The position numbers were made by a program, and so were the translations under genes. Of a stretch of DNA of 64,000 nt, positions 47,808-60,549 are shown in pieces. The stretch lies in assembly GCA_030770535.1 (NCBI GenBank), contig JASVEC010000011.1:992001-1056000 (forward strand), in the 5' to 3' direction. Source of the stretch: Batkoa obscura. Taxonomy: Eukaryota. How positions within the stretch are numbered: the stretch's first letter is position 1; every line of letters starts with the position of its first letter. The notes beneath the pieces were generated by a model that saw only the letters and a program-made list of their open reading frames with translations, did no database searches and had not been told where the DNA came from.

Positions 47808-50291
47808 ATGGATCCAAGGAAACCTCATAATTCACACTATAATGCCTACGAAGACGGTAGTAGCACACAAAATATACAGAATTATCAATTACAACGTCCT
47901 AGAGATAGCATAGTCCAAGGCCCTCAAGATAATTTTAGGACGGGTTATATAAGAGAAAAGAATATAGCACCTCCAACTAAGAGGGAAGTACCGACCATCA
48001 AAAATATCAATTTACTCTATGATATTAGAGAAAGAGATTTTTATTTTAAGATTAGGAAAAGATTTAATATCAAACCTCATATCAATAGCTTTTGTAAAAG
48101 ATATTTAAATATGGAAGATCCAATACACTTTGAGCCAAAATTAAATGGTAAACTACTTTTTAACCACAATTGCTTATTTATATTATTTAGTTACTTACAA
48201 TGAGTTTCCGCGTGCCTCCAATTACTATAGAAACATACACAATGAAACCGCACCAAGGACGGAATACAAAGACAATTATAGGTATTCTCCAAATTATCAA
48301 AGCTTCAGCCACAGCCAACACCATCAAGTGGGTAATTTTAATGACGCTCCTTATATTTATAACAAGCAACATATCCCTGCTAATGTTCCACCCAAAGATG
48401 TTGGGCCATTTAATCCACTCCCAGAAAAAAACTATAACGGGCAAGGAAATAGCCTAAATGAAAGAGCTTATAGTGGTAGTGATAAGCATTATTTAAAAAC
48501 GAAAGATTATCCTCTTCCAAATTCTGCAGTAAAGTTTGTTGAACCACGCCACATGCCTCATCGTTCTGAGAGTATAAGCAATGGGGAACACCATCAATCA
48601 AGACAAACTACGTCAAGATTTTCAGGAAGAGCTATAAGTCAAGATACTGGACATGAAAATATACAACTAAATAAATCATCGGAACAAAAGGAGTTATTTT
48701 TTAAGCCCCCTGAATTAACAAAGCCATTGACATTTAAGCCTGCCAAAAAAATGATACAGTTACCTCAGCCCCAGTATTACTTGCAATCATTTTCTGAGAA
48801 TAAAATTAACAAACCAAATCGTTCTTCCAGTCCCAGTTGGGACAGAACTGAACCAAAACAAATAGTATATCAAAAGTCAAAGCCTAATGATGCTCACTAT
48901 AATAGTAAGCCTCATCATACAATAACGCGAAGTACCAATCATGCTGCTTTAACTTTAAATAGCAATGTTAGCAATGATAATAACCCAGTAGAAGTTCAAA
49001 CAAATAGGAGTGTTAGTAAAGGTTCAAACTTCAAGGAAAGACTTTCTGGCAGCACCTCTTCAAAAAGTGCTAGCAAAGGAATTTCGGATGATGAAACCAG
49101 TGCTGAATCTAAAACGTCACCAGCTGTAATGAATAAGCCGAAAGATTTGAAGGTCAGAAAAACAGGGAGTGAAAGTAATAATGAAAGAAATAACGAAGTA
49201 AACGATAACGATAGACTGACTAACAAGAACAAAAAATACAAAATGTCACCAAACGAGGAAACTGATAAGAGAAGTAATTAGTTTTTAATTGAAATATATT
49301 TTTATGATTTTAAACCGCTTTAGATATTGAATCTGATGATTCTAAAGATGTAATCAAACAGACTAAAAATAGTGAAATTAAGGATGATTCCTTAAAAGAT
49401 AGGTACACTTCAATTAATTCAGCGGGATTTGATATTGAAACAATGATTAAGAAATTTGAGGAGAGAGGGGTTCCGTTAAATCTATATCGTGACACTAACG
49501 ATCAAGTGATTGATTGGAGCAGACTAACCGTGCCCGAGAATGTATGGTTTGAAGCCTATGACGAGTTCACTTGCCTTATGCTTAGTAAGCATCCAAAGTT
49601 AAAAAATAAGCCATTAGTTACATTTAGCGCAGTTATTCAATTAAAATGCAGGGAACACGGTATACATATAACCTTTTCGGAACTAGCTAGTTTAGTTAAA
49701 TCTAGCCGCAGTGAAATAGGAACCGCATATAAAGTAATTTCATCACTTTCTGATTTTAAAAAACCAGCGATGGTCATTTGTAATGAAGAAGAATCTTGTC
49801 TCCGTTGGTGCTCAGCATTAAATCTTCCAGCTCCAATTACTCAAGCTGTAGTTGAATTATACGCTGATGCTAAGAGGCTATCTATTGCGCCTGCACGATC
49901 TGTAAATAGTATGGGAGCTGCATGTATTTGGTTTGTAATCAGCTCTTATAATAAGGCCATTAGTAAATATTCAATAAAGTTTGATAAGCCCAGATTACCT
50001 ATTATTGATATCACAATTGCTTCAATCTCTGATGTGACTGGAATGGTATCTTTTACTGTACAATCCGGTGCACGTTTATTAAATCCAGTTAGAGATGAAG
50101 TCTTAAGTAATGAGAAGCTTTATAAAATTATGGATGAAATGGGCTTGCTTTATAAACCTGAAGATTTGCCTGATTTTGGGGAGTCGGAACATTTAAAGGT
50201 TCCCGAAGATTCAAAAGTTGGTTCTAGTCAAACCAGCTCTCCTAAGTCTGAAAGTCAATTAAATCCACCTGCTTTACCTTCTGAACACTAA
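47808..50291 (+). CDS. ~796-aa protein: long low-complexity N-terminus plus TFIIB-like cyclin-fold repeats, 3 exons
   Basis: Introns 48148-48190 and 49274-49323 join three ORFs in frame; CREHGIHITFSELASL...EIGTAYKVI, RWCSALNL and RSVNSMGAACIWF match TFIIB core motifs. Confidence 0.75.
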
Positions 50292-50413
50292 ATCTAATAT
50301 ATCCAAATATGTCATTGAAAAAGAGACATATCTTTATATTAGTTGATATTCCATATAGTTTTTATATTTGAATATTATCATTCACCGTATATTTGTTTTA
50401 ATAACTTTTATAT

Positions 50414-50510
50414 GGGGATCTATTTTTTGTTTAAGAATTTTACTAACAACCTTTCCGCTCAAATAGTGCTTAAAAAATGGAAAAAGTAATGAAACCAAAA
50501 AAACATCTCC
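50414..50510 (+). mobile_element. MITE copy 11
   Basis: ATAT TSD. Confidence 0.9.
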
Positions 50511-50943
50511 ATATGTTTAAATACCGGTTGTTATGATGAATGATTGGGATATAATAAAATATTGTTTTTCAACTTGAATTTAAATCTTTTGTTTTCTTAA
50601 TTTAAATTTTTTATTTTAATTAATATATTAATAAGCTATAATATATAAATATTAAATATATTATAATAAGAAAAAATAATATAAAGAGTATAGATTTTAT
50701 ATCAACAAACATGATTTTTAAATTATCAGTTTATTTTTATTTGAACTTTATTAAATTATTTACTTTTTTTTTAAAGTTATAAGTTAGATAAGTTAAAATT
50801 TTATATTGATAAATTATATTTTTTAATTTTTAATTTTGAACTACTATTATTTACTAAAAAATAGTTAAAATGTACTAGTATTTAATTTATTTTTGTTTAT
50901 TTTTACATTATAAAATTTATGCGGTTATAAAAATAATTTATAT

Positions 50944-51039
50944 GGGGATGTATTTTTTTGTTTAAGAATTCTACTAACAATCTTTCTGCTCAAATAGCAC
51001 TTAAAAAATGGAAAAAGTGATGAAACCAAAAAAAACAAC
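50944..51039 (+). mobile_element. MITE copy 12 (right end damaged)
   Basis: ATAT flanks. Confidence 0.85.
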
Positions 51040-51083
51040 ATATATTAGCTTTAATTTGTATAAAGTATAGTTTATTTATTATA

Positions 51084-51183
51084 GGAGGGCGTTTTTTTTG
51101 GCTTCATCACTTTTTCCATTTTTTAAGTGTTATTTGAGCAGAAAGGTTGTTAGTAAAATTCTTAAATAAAAAAATACATTACC
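51084..51183 (-). mobile_element. MITE copy 13
   Basis: Inverted relative to copy 12, about 45 bp away. Confidence 0.82.
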
Positions 51184-52137
51184 GTATCAAACAGTATTTT
51201 AGTCAAAAGTAAGTTTTATTAGTGTTTATTTCTATACTATAATAGCCAGGCTTTAGATAAATTGTAAATAAAGATATAGTTGATAAAATTTTATTTTACA
51301 AGATATACTAGAAACATTAGTTTGAAGTAGTATAAATAATAATTACAACTATTCGTCATTTTAGTGCTAAATATGATTTTATTAAATTTTAAAACGTTTT
51401 ATCACTAAAAAGATTACAATTGAAATTATTATATCATTATAAAATCAATTCTTTGAAAATAATTCTTTGAACTGAAAATAAAAATGAAAAATAAAACTGA
51501 TATAATCAGTTGTAATAATATTGTGATAATTATACACTTGTAACTAATAAATTTCACGTATTAATCATCTTTGATTTAATCCATAGTATTAAAAAATACA
51601 ATAGCTAAACCTTTATAATTATTATTTAGCTAGATATGATGTAAGATACTCAAGTCAAAGCTAGAGATTTAAGAATATTAAATATTGAGTTAAAATAAAA
51701 TATTTAACCTTTATTTATTTCATAACTAAATATAATCTTCAAGTAGTTAGATATTTAATTATAAAGCTAAAGGTGAAATTAAATAAATTTTACTTAAATT
51801 GTATTATTCTAATAAACACAATGCTATTGCATAGTTTGATAAATTACCATATAACATCAAATCAAATACTACACAATTTAGCAATATTTTATTTTATAAA
51901 CTTACAAATGATAGTCTGAAGGAATTTTATAAAACCTATCGTTCAAAATTTTCCTATTTAGTTAAATTAAATTGTGATCTCATTTATACAAATCTTGAGT
52001 GTTTTTTCATATTATTAAACAATTTAAGCTAATAAATATATTTATTATACGAATTTGTAGTAGATTTAGATTAATTTAAAATTTAACTCAAAAAGAATGT
52101 TTTTCTCCCTTCTAACTAACTGTAGTAAACTTTATAT

Positions 52138-52235
52138 GGAGATGTATTTTTTTGTTTAAGAACTTTACTAACAATCTTTCTGCTCAAATAGCGCTTAAAA
52201 AATAGAAAAGTGATGAAATCAAGGAAAACATCCCC
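52138..52235 (+). mobile_element. MITE copy 14
   Basis: ATAT TSD. Confidence 0.9.
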
Positions 52236-54494
52236 ATATACTATGTGAGAAACTAAATTTTAAAGGCGGTTTAAGTGGGTAATAATAATGATAATAAAAT
52301 CAAGGACTTATATCTATTACTATTCATACCTTCGAAACTCCTTTCTGTTCTATTATTTTAATAAAATATTTTAAAACTCATAAATTTTATATTTCACGAA
52401 GTCTATTTTAAGTTAACTTTTATATTATACTAATGTTAAAAATCTTAGTATACGTATACACTTCACATGTAGAGGGAGAGGTATATGGAGAGATATTGAA
52501 TAGATAAGCTGTGATTTGATATATACTGAAAGGAAACTAAGGCTAATGGTAAATAGTAATCAAGATTACAGATCTTTTGTAAGAAGAACCATTATGTTAT
52601 TTTTATCTAGTACTTAAGAAGTTGACTTATTCACTCATTTTTTTAACATTAAAATATGATATAACTAATATTAATATTTTATTTTTATTTCAATAGATTA
52701 TCACTCAATAGCTGGGTTATAAAAAGCAAGATTAACATGCAAGCTAAGTCTATATATTATCTTAATAAAAATACAGCCTATAAATAAATATTTAATCAAA
52801 AACAAAGTTTCTTATATAGAACATTCAGAAAGTTCTAATTAATAGACATATGAACAGAAGCGGTATAATTTAATAGTAGCATTTGAATGAAGAGCTTTTG
52901 TTGTTTACAAGATATTCAATTTGAAAAGTTAACTATGATAAGCTTAATCATCAATTGATTTTAGATTTACAACTTTTGAGCAATTAATGAAACTGAATTG
53001 CATTTAGTACAATTTGTAATTAAATTAGTTTATTACATAATTAAAATATACTAAAAATTAGATTATCCAAGGTTAAAGTAATTAAGCTTAAATTCCTCTT
53101 AATTTTTTTAGATTATCCAAAGATTAGCTCTAAAAAGCTAAGCGCAGCTTTTTGCATATTAGCTAAAGTTAGAAACATGTGTTATTTAAGGTTAGCTTTG
53201 GGCCTAAAATGGATTTGATGGTTAAAAATAACCCGAATAGCTTTTTCCATTATTTTCGGGTCCATCTTTTTCCAGTTGGTTTTTGCATAAATCATTGCGT
53301 GATTTTGTTTGAAAAATGAGGAAGTCGGCAACAGATAAAATTTGTTGACTTTTTGGAACATCTGACAGGAAATAGGGTTTAACCAAAATTTGGCAATGAT
53401 GGTTTTTTGAATAAAACATGAATATCTTCCAATAAACTTCCAAACAATGAAAATTAGCGGTTTCTTATTTGCTTCGTATATTGAAAATAATTTTACTATT
53501 ACTAAAATAAAAGATAACGTTCCTTAATCGAGGATAACATTTACATTGAATTTATAATCAATTGCGTTGCAATTTCCTATCTTATGCATCTAGAACTTTA
53601 ATCAATTTTGCATAAACTATTTCGGACTTGAGATTTTTCTATATCGGTATCACTGTTCCGAGCCAAGGATAGGGGCGATTTCAAAAAAATCTTTAACAGA
53701 TTCAATATTTTTTTACTTTTTAGAACCTTCATTTATCATTAAAGCTTAAACAATTTGATAAAAGATATGTTACTTCAGTTTTAATATATTTATATTAAGA
53801 TCAAGTTTAATGTACAAATTTAATAGTATTTACCTTGAAATAGACTGTGATCTTACTAAATTTAATATTAATTTTGATTGATTTAATTGGTTCCGGTAAG
53901 GTTTACTCTTTTCAAGCTAAGTTTTTCCGCAGAACCTTCCTAAACTTTAAAAAACTTTGCACGCATTTCTAACAATGATTGGACAATGAAATCATTAATT
54001 TAATTTATTTATTCTAATAGTCGGGTATAATGAATAAAGTAAACTTTAGCTTAAATTGTGATATGCTCAATTTATTACTAATAATTAAAGTATAAATAAT
54101 AATGTAAAAACATATAAATATGAACTCAAAAATTTTTATTATAATTTAATTCGAATTTTTAATTAGATCTACTAATATAAATCATTGATACTCTCAATTC
54201 ATTCAACGGTCCAATATTTATATTCAATTGAGTAAGAAAGAGAAAATCTTCCTAATAAAGTTTACTTCTGGAAATCAATTTCTAACCACCCCAGTGATAA
54301 ACTTTTATATCAAACTGAAACAAAGCATACTTCATTAATAATCTCATTAATCAACTTTCATTTTCATTCTTTGTTATTATATTCATTGACTAACTCGAAA
54401 GAAGTCTATCATTCTTATTAATCTATATCTGATATCATAACAATAATTCTTTATAACCTCATTCCATCCTATAACTTCTTTTAACTCTATCAAT

Positions 54495-55688
54495 ATGAGC
54501 TTCAAATTATCTTTCAACAAAAGTCCACTCTTATCACCAACAACTACTAGCTTAGATGCAATCCCCCCTTCACCACTAAAGTCAAAAAACAATAATAGAG
54601 CCTCATTCCCTTCACTAGATCGTTTCAAGCTTAAAAGTTATAATTCCACTTCAACCTTTTCCACATCAGATGAATCATCAGAAGGTACGGTTTCAAGTGT
54701 ACCATCACGATTTGTTTTCAATACAGTGAATCTTAAATCAATGAAAAAGAACAAGCTTAAAGCACCACGTCTATATCGTCCAAAGAAATATTTAAAACGT
54801 CAACCAAAAGAAGTGAGTTCTTTACCACATCAATTACAAATTTTATTTGAAAGAGGTACCACCCCACTTTCTAATAATTACCAACTTCTTAATCGCAAAT
54901 TGGGGGATGGTGCTATGGGTAGCGTTTATCTAGTTCAACGTAAAAGCGATAAAAAATTATTTGCAGCAAAATTACATACTAAAGACTCCCCCCAGTTAAC
55001 ACAGGCTCAATACCTTCAACAAATAGCTGATGAAGTGATAATAGCTTCTTCATTACATCATGATCATATTATTAGTACTTTAGATTTTGTCAGCAATGGT
55101 CCAAGGTATATGACGATTATGGAATATTGCCCAACCGATTTATTCGACCTTATTAAAACTGAAAAATTCGATACTGCCCAATTAGATACTTACTTTGTAC
55201 AATTATTATTAGGAGTTTATCATATGCATTCACATGGTATCGCTCATCGCGATCTTAAACTAGAAAATTTATGTATTGATAAGCAAGGCAAATTAAAAAT
55301 TATCGATTTTGGATGTGCCAATGAGTTCCGTGGTCCATTTGAACAAAATTGTAGTTCAGTAGCTGGTATTTATGGCTCAGATCCTTACATTGCTCCAGAA
55401 GTTTGGAGTGGAAGGTCCTACGATCCTGAAAAAGCTGATTTATGGTCCATAGCTATCATTTATGTTGCTTTACATTCTGGAATATTTTTATGGGATAAAG
55501 CTATAAAGGATGATAAGCGTTATGAAAGATTTCCTACCCATGTTGATTCTATTTTTGAAAAGTACAAGATTCCTAGTCATGCAAGATCTATACTAAAACG
55601 TTTATTGGATCCAAACCCATATACTCGTGCTAATATTCAAGAAGTCATGTGCCAAGAATGGATTCATCAAATTTTAATTGGAATGTAG
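54495..55688 (+). CDS. Ser/Thr protein kinase, fungal HAL/NPR-like family
   Basis: LGDGAMG, FAAK, HRDLKLEN, DFG, GSDPYIAPE, ADLWS; Ser-rich N-terminus. Confidence 0.9.
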   Translation: MSFKLSFNKSPLLSPTTTSLDAIPPSPLKSKNNNRASFPSLDRFKLKSYNSTSTFSTSDESSEGTVSSVPSRFVFNTVNLKSMKKNKLKAPRLYRPKKYLKRQPKEVSSLPHQLQILFERGTTPLSNNYQLLNRKLGDGAMGSVYLVQRKSDKKLFAAKLHTKDSPQLTQAQYLQQIADEVIIASSLHHDHIISTLDFVSNGPRYMTIMEYCPTDLFDLIKTEKFDTAQLDTYFVQLLLGVYHMHSHGIAHRDLKLENLCIDKQGKLKIIDFGCANEFRGPFEQNCSSVAGIYGSDPYIAPEVWSGRSYDPEKADLWSIAIIYVALHSGIFLWDKAIKDDKRYERFPTHVDSIFEKYKIPSHARSILKRLLDPNPYTRANIQEVMCQEWIHQILIGM

Positions 55689-56312
55689 TTTGTTATATTA
55701 TTATTGTACTAACCCATATTGTAATTTTATATCGTTAAAGCTTCTTACATTGTAGTTAGCTTTATACGACTATTTATTTAAGTTCATCATATATAAATAA
55801 ACATTGTTTTATAGACAATAAAAATAATAAATTTTTTGTTTTTTTTTCATAACTTTTATTAATATTACAACATTTGAAAATATTTAATTACTAAACAGGT
55901 TTGAAAAAAAAAATCTTTTATTCAACACTGCCTCAGGGTACATATTTGTAAAAAAAACTTAAATTACCTTTTCTCCCCCTATTAACTCCTATCATTAAAA
56001 AATTTCCTTTTTGTTTTCAAGGATTGTTCCTATAACCAATTTACCCTTCCTTGACCCCCTCTCTAGTTTGATTAATAAACAAACGATGTAAGGATTACTC
56101 TTGAAAAAAAGTGTAGTAATTAGTAATAACAAGGGTTTAGAAAAAATTAATTAGTAATAATAAAAGCTAATTACAGAATGTGGAGCTTCTATTCTTAAGC
56201 GGTACTTCAAGCTGCGTCTTTATTTTAACATCTTATGGGTTTATGTCATAAAATTTATTTTGTTAAGTTTTGGTCTAAAAATAAACTAAAAAACTAGCTT
56301 TATTAGCAAATA

Positions 56313-56472
56313 CAATGGTTACAAATTTTTTGTGACCTTTGTAACCGTTCATTTGAGAATAAAATTGTGTCAAATTTGATTAAAATATAACAATCAGGGT
56401 CTAAAAAAATATGTTATACAGATAATTTATAAAATTATCACCAAAAAGGTCGTAAAAGAGTTGCAACAGCTG
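56313..56472. mobile_element. Degenerate Tc1/mariner-like MITE
   Basis: TA-flanked imperfect ~28-bp TIRs (CAATGGTTACAAATTTTTTGTGACCTTT versus AAAGGTCGTAAAAGAGTTGCAACAGCTG). Confidence 0.45.
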
Positions 56473-56907
56473 TAATGATCTTAATTTTGTAATTTTTAAA
56501 ATATAAACTAATATAGTGATAAATAATATATAGATATCTCACTTATACTTACTGTTATTGATATTAAAGCGTTATTTAAAGAACGTTTTTGTTTTTGGAT
56601 AACTATTTCAAGTATTTAGATACGATTTTTTGCTTAAGAAAGTAACAACATTATTTTTATATTTTAGCCCTAAAAAGTGAGCAAAATGCTGAATTTAAAA
56701 ATGACATTCTATTCAACAATTTAGAAACGCTTCCTGATATCGTATCTGCTCCTTTTATTGAAGCTTTTTCTACTTATACTAGAACAAATGGATCAAAAGC
56801 ACAGTATAAAGTTGCTTGGCACAGTTTTTTACGATCAAAAGCAGAGACTCTTAAGTTAGAGCACCTTACAATAGTCTGCTGATTTTCTTCATACCCTTTC
56901 TTACTTT

Positions 56908-57006
56908 AGGGATGTTTTTTTTAGTTTGATTACTTTTTCCATTTTTTAAGCGCTACTTGAGTGAAAGGATTGTTAGTAAAGTTCTTAAACAATAAAATAC
57001 ATCCCC
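56908..57006 (-). mobile_element. MITE copy 15
   Basis: MITE body clear; TSD degenerate. Confidence 0.82.
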
Positions 57007-57749
57007 GTATACTTCTTATAATCCTATTTCATTCTTATTGCTTAACACTTAGTTTTATTGTTTTATTGAATCAATCTTGGGTTTGAATGATAAGCTAAAT
57101 TTAGATGTTCCTATTACTTCTTTAAAATTTATTAATAACTTTGTAATTAAATTTGAATTCTTTGGTATATTTTTTATAAAGTCATTAGATAAGCTTTTAG
57201 TATTTTTTCTTTATCTTTTACAATTTTATTTTGTATTTCCAATTTATAAGACGGAGTTTACGTTGAAATCTCACTTTATATTAATATTACCTTCACCTTT
57301 ACTATTTTTATCTCCCTTATTTTTCTTTTACTTTGTTTATTTCTATAAGTAAACCACTCGAGAGCACTTTCAAGTATTTTGAAGGTTAATAAAATTGACT
57401 ATTTTGGTTTTTATGAATTTGCTTTAAATTAAAATCAAAATATTTTAAATACGTATTCTTATGCTCATTTAATTAATATACAATTTTGAAAATAAAACAT
57501 TCTTTTAAAGACTCCTTTGACATAACTGCTTCTATTAGTGATATCAAGTTATGTTTTTTATCTGTACCCACATGATACCAATTTTAATAGGGTTGCTTTT
57601 GGCCTGTATTTTTCAAAGCAAAAAATAAAATAAAATAAAATAAAATAAAAATAAAAAGGACTTTAAGCACAATATTTTTCATTATAATTTACAACTATTT
57701 AATGAGAAGTCATGGAAAACTTATAAACCTTCAATTACTTTGGTCTTTA

Positions 57750-59940
57750 AGCCTTTTATTAATATAGTCCTTATTATTGAATGGGTTGTCACTCTCATTA
57801 GTTGTTTCAGAATTCAAAGGTCCTTTTATGACCTTATTTTTAACACTATCAACCTTTGATACTGAACGAGATATATTCATTCCCTTGAATTTGAAAACAA
57901 TTTTGCTTTTGGGTGCCCAATTTTGCGTCCCTTTAGTTGTTTTCTAGTATAAATGATAATTCATTAAAGGTTTCTTCATTCAATTTATTTAATCTTGCTA
58001 TACTGAGAATTACTGATTCAAAACAAATTAATTCTTTGATAGTTCTATGTAATCTGTAAAGGCGATAGGAAGCTCTAATATATTTTACTTGTATACTCGC
58101 ATCTACGATGGAAGGAAATTTCTAATACATCTTTTTATGTATTACATAATGAGAAGACCCCGAATTAGAAGCTACTTGTTCATTATATATTTTGGCAGCA
58201 ATTCGTCCCAATTTAATCATTTCAACTTTCAATTTAAACCCTGTAGCTAAGTTAAAAGGAATCAAACTTTGAATGGAGCTTAATAACTCCTCAGTAATAA
58301 ATTTTTGATAACATTCATTATCATATTTTGAGTATACTTTAGTAGTTTCTATAACTCTTACCTTCCTTTTGTCGTTACTAGCTTTAAAAAATTCCTTTAG
58401 ATCACATAAAAGTTTAATAGCTTTAGATATGGGGGTGTTTTTTTTGGCTTCATCGCTTTTTCCATCTTTTAAGCGCTATTTGAGCGGAAAGATTGTTAGT
58501 AAAATTCTCAAACACAAAAATACATCACCATATAGAGCTTGAAACTTTTCTTACAAACCTAATATATGACTCTTTGTATTTATGTTCAATTTTATTAGAA
58601 TTAGTTGGTTCAACAGTATCCGTTGTCCTTCCTTGATTTTTAGTCTTACTTTTATTTGTAATGATAGTTAGTTAGTTAACATTTAAAGTGTCATTTACAA
58701 CTCCTTTCACTTTACTGTTTGTGTAAACGTTCAATTTGTTGGCATCAATAGCACTATCTTCAATTTCAGTTTTCTTACAATCAGTTCTAACATCTGGTTT
58801 AATAGTATTATAAATGTTGTTTATATTTTTATTTTTGTCACTATTTGTTGAATCATTTAGTTTGTTAATGTAATTAGGAATACATCCATTTTCAATTTCT
58901 TCATCACATGTATTAATATTTAGCTTATTCATACCATCAGTTTAACTTACGTTTGTATTTGTATTTGTATTTGTATTTGTATTTGTATTTTTGGTACCAA
59001 TTACTCTATCAACTGATTGACTAACATTAGTAATATTATTCATAATTTCATTCTCTTTCGTAATCATATTAACTATGATTTTATCAACATTAATAGTACT
59101 ATTCATACTTTTATTTCCTTTTTTATTTTGATTATCATTTGGTCTATTAATATTTACATTGATCTTGATAACCACATTATCTTTTTTACTTGTGTTGACA
59201 ATCAGTTCCTTAATATTAATGGTGCTGGTTATACTACAGCTCCTACTTTTTTCATTTTGATTTACTTTAAAACCAAATCCTTCACTTTCCTTGTTTTTAC
59301 GAACGCCTTGGGAATAACCTTGATTGTTTTGTTGCTCCGATTCAATACTATTCTCAATAAATTTTGTTACCTTTTCAGCTTTATTTACCTCCAATTGGTA
59401 TAAAAGTTAGGTAATATTGTCGTTGTTATTACCCCTATCATAGAATTTGCCTGTGTTTTCATTTGGAAATGTAGCATGTGTATTATTTACCCTTTTTTCA
59501 TTTCCAGATAGTTGACTTTTCATAGGTGTAATATCACAAATGATACAACTACTAAGATCACTACCACTTTAATATTCCTTATACATATTTAATAATATGC
59601 GTTGTATCTTACAATAATTCAGTAAAGATCAATGTGTGTTTTTAATAGCTGAAACCTTAGTAGCACTATCATTGTTTAAATTATTATTATCATTATTTAC
59701 TGCAGCATGTAGTGATCCGGGGAATATCTCACAGTTTTTATTTTTATATATATTATAAATCATCTCTAAAATTTCCTCTTGTCCATAATATTCCTAAATA
59801 ACAGCAATTACTTCTTTTAATATTTCCTTTAGTGTTTCACATGGCCTTATTTTGGAAAGAATCGTTAATTTGATCCCTTTGATGTCATTTATATCTTCTA
59901 CTGGATCATTTGAATTATTAACTTCTTCCATATTATGTAT
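57750..59940 (-). pseudogene. Degenerate Asn-rich coding remnant of unknown family, unit A
   Basis: ORF fragments 58672-58932 and 58942-59394; patchy similarity to 60550-62260; MITE inserted; boundaries approximate. Confidence 0.4.
58431..58529 (-). mobile_element. MITE copy 16
   Basis: ATAT TSD. Confidence 0.9.
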
Positions 59941-60549
59941 GTTATTTTAGTAAGCTACTAAGCTTCCAAAGTATATTCATATTCTTTATTATAACTGTAT
60001 TTTGTTTAAAAAAATAACAGCTATTGTAGAGTTTGGTGGCTTACAAAGAAGGTTGATCCACAGGATGAAATTAATCAATTGAACTTTAAGCGTAAATTTA
60101 GAAACTCATTCATTTTTGAAATTACTGGCTTACTTTCTAAGATTCATGGCTCATTCTCTAAATTAAAAAATTGGCATGACTTTTATTATTTTTAACTCAA
60201 GAAGCTTTGGTCATTATTAAAAGCAAATTTAAAGAATACTTTGTATTAGCAAAGCATTTATTGAAACATCCTTAAACATTGTGTAATTTTTTTATTTTAT
60301 ATATCTCATTTACTGTTATTTTTCTCTAAAGCTTACAGCTGCCGCTATGTAAATAACTTTTATAGTCACATACAAACTGTAGCATAAAAAATTGTTAGAA
60401 ATAATAAAGAAATTAAACTAAATAAATTGATAAATTGATTTAAATAATTTTTTGCTAAAAATTTTAATTGTTTAATAAGTAATAGAAAGTTTACAAGTCC
60501 TTATTTATTTTAGCGTTTTGGCTTTTTACCAACAGAACCTTTATTAAGG

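Noticed and set aside
58951..58990. (TTTGTA)n microsatellite
   Set aside because: Ordinary slippage repeat in a decayed ORF.
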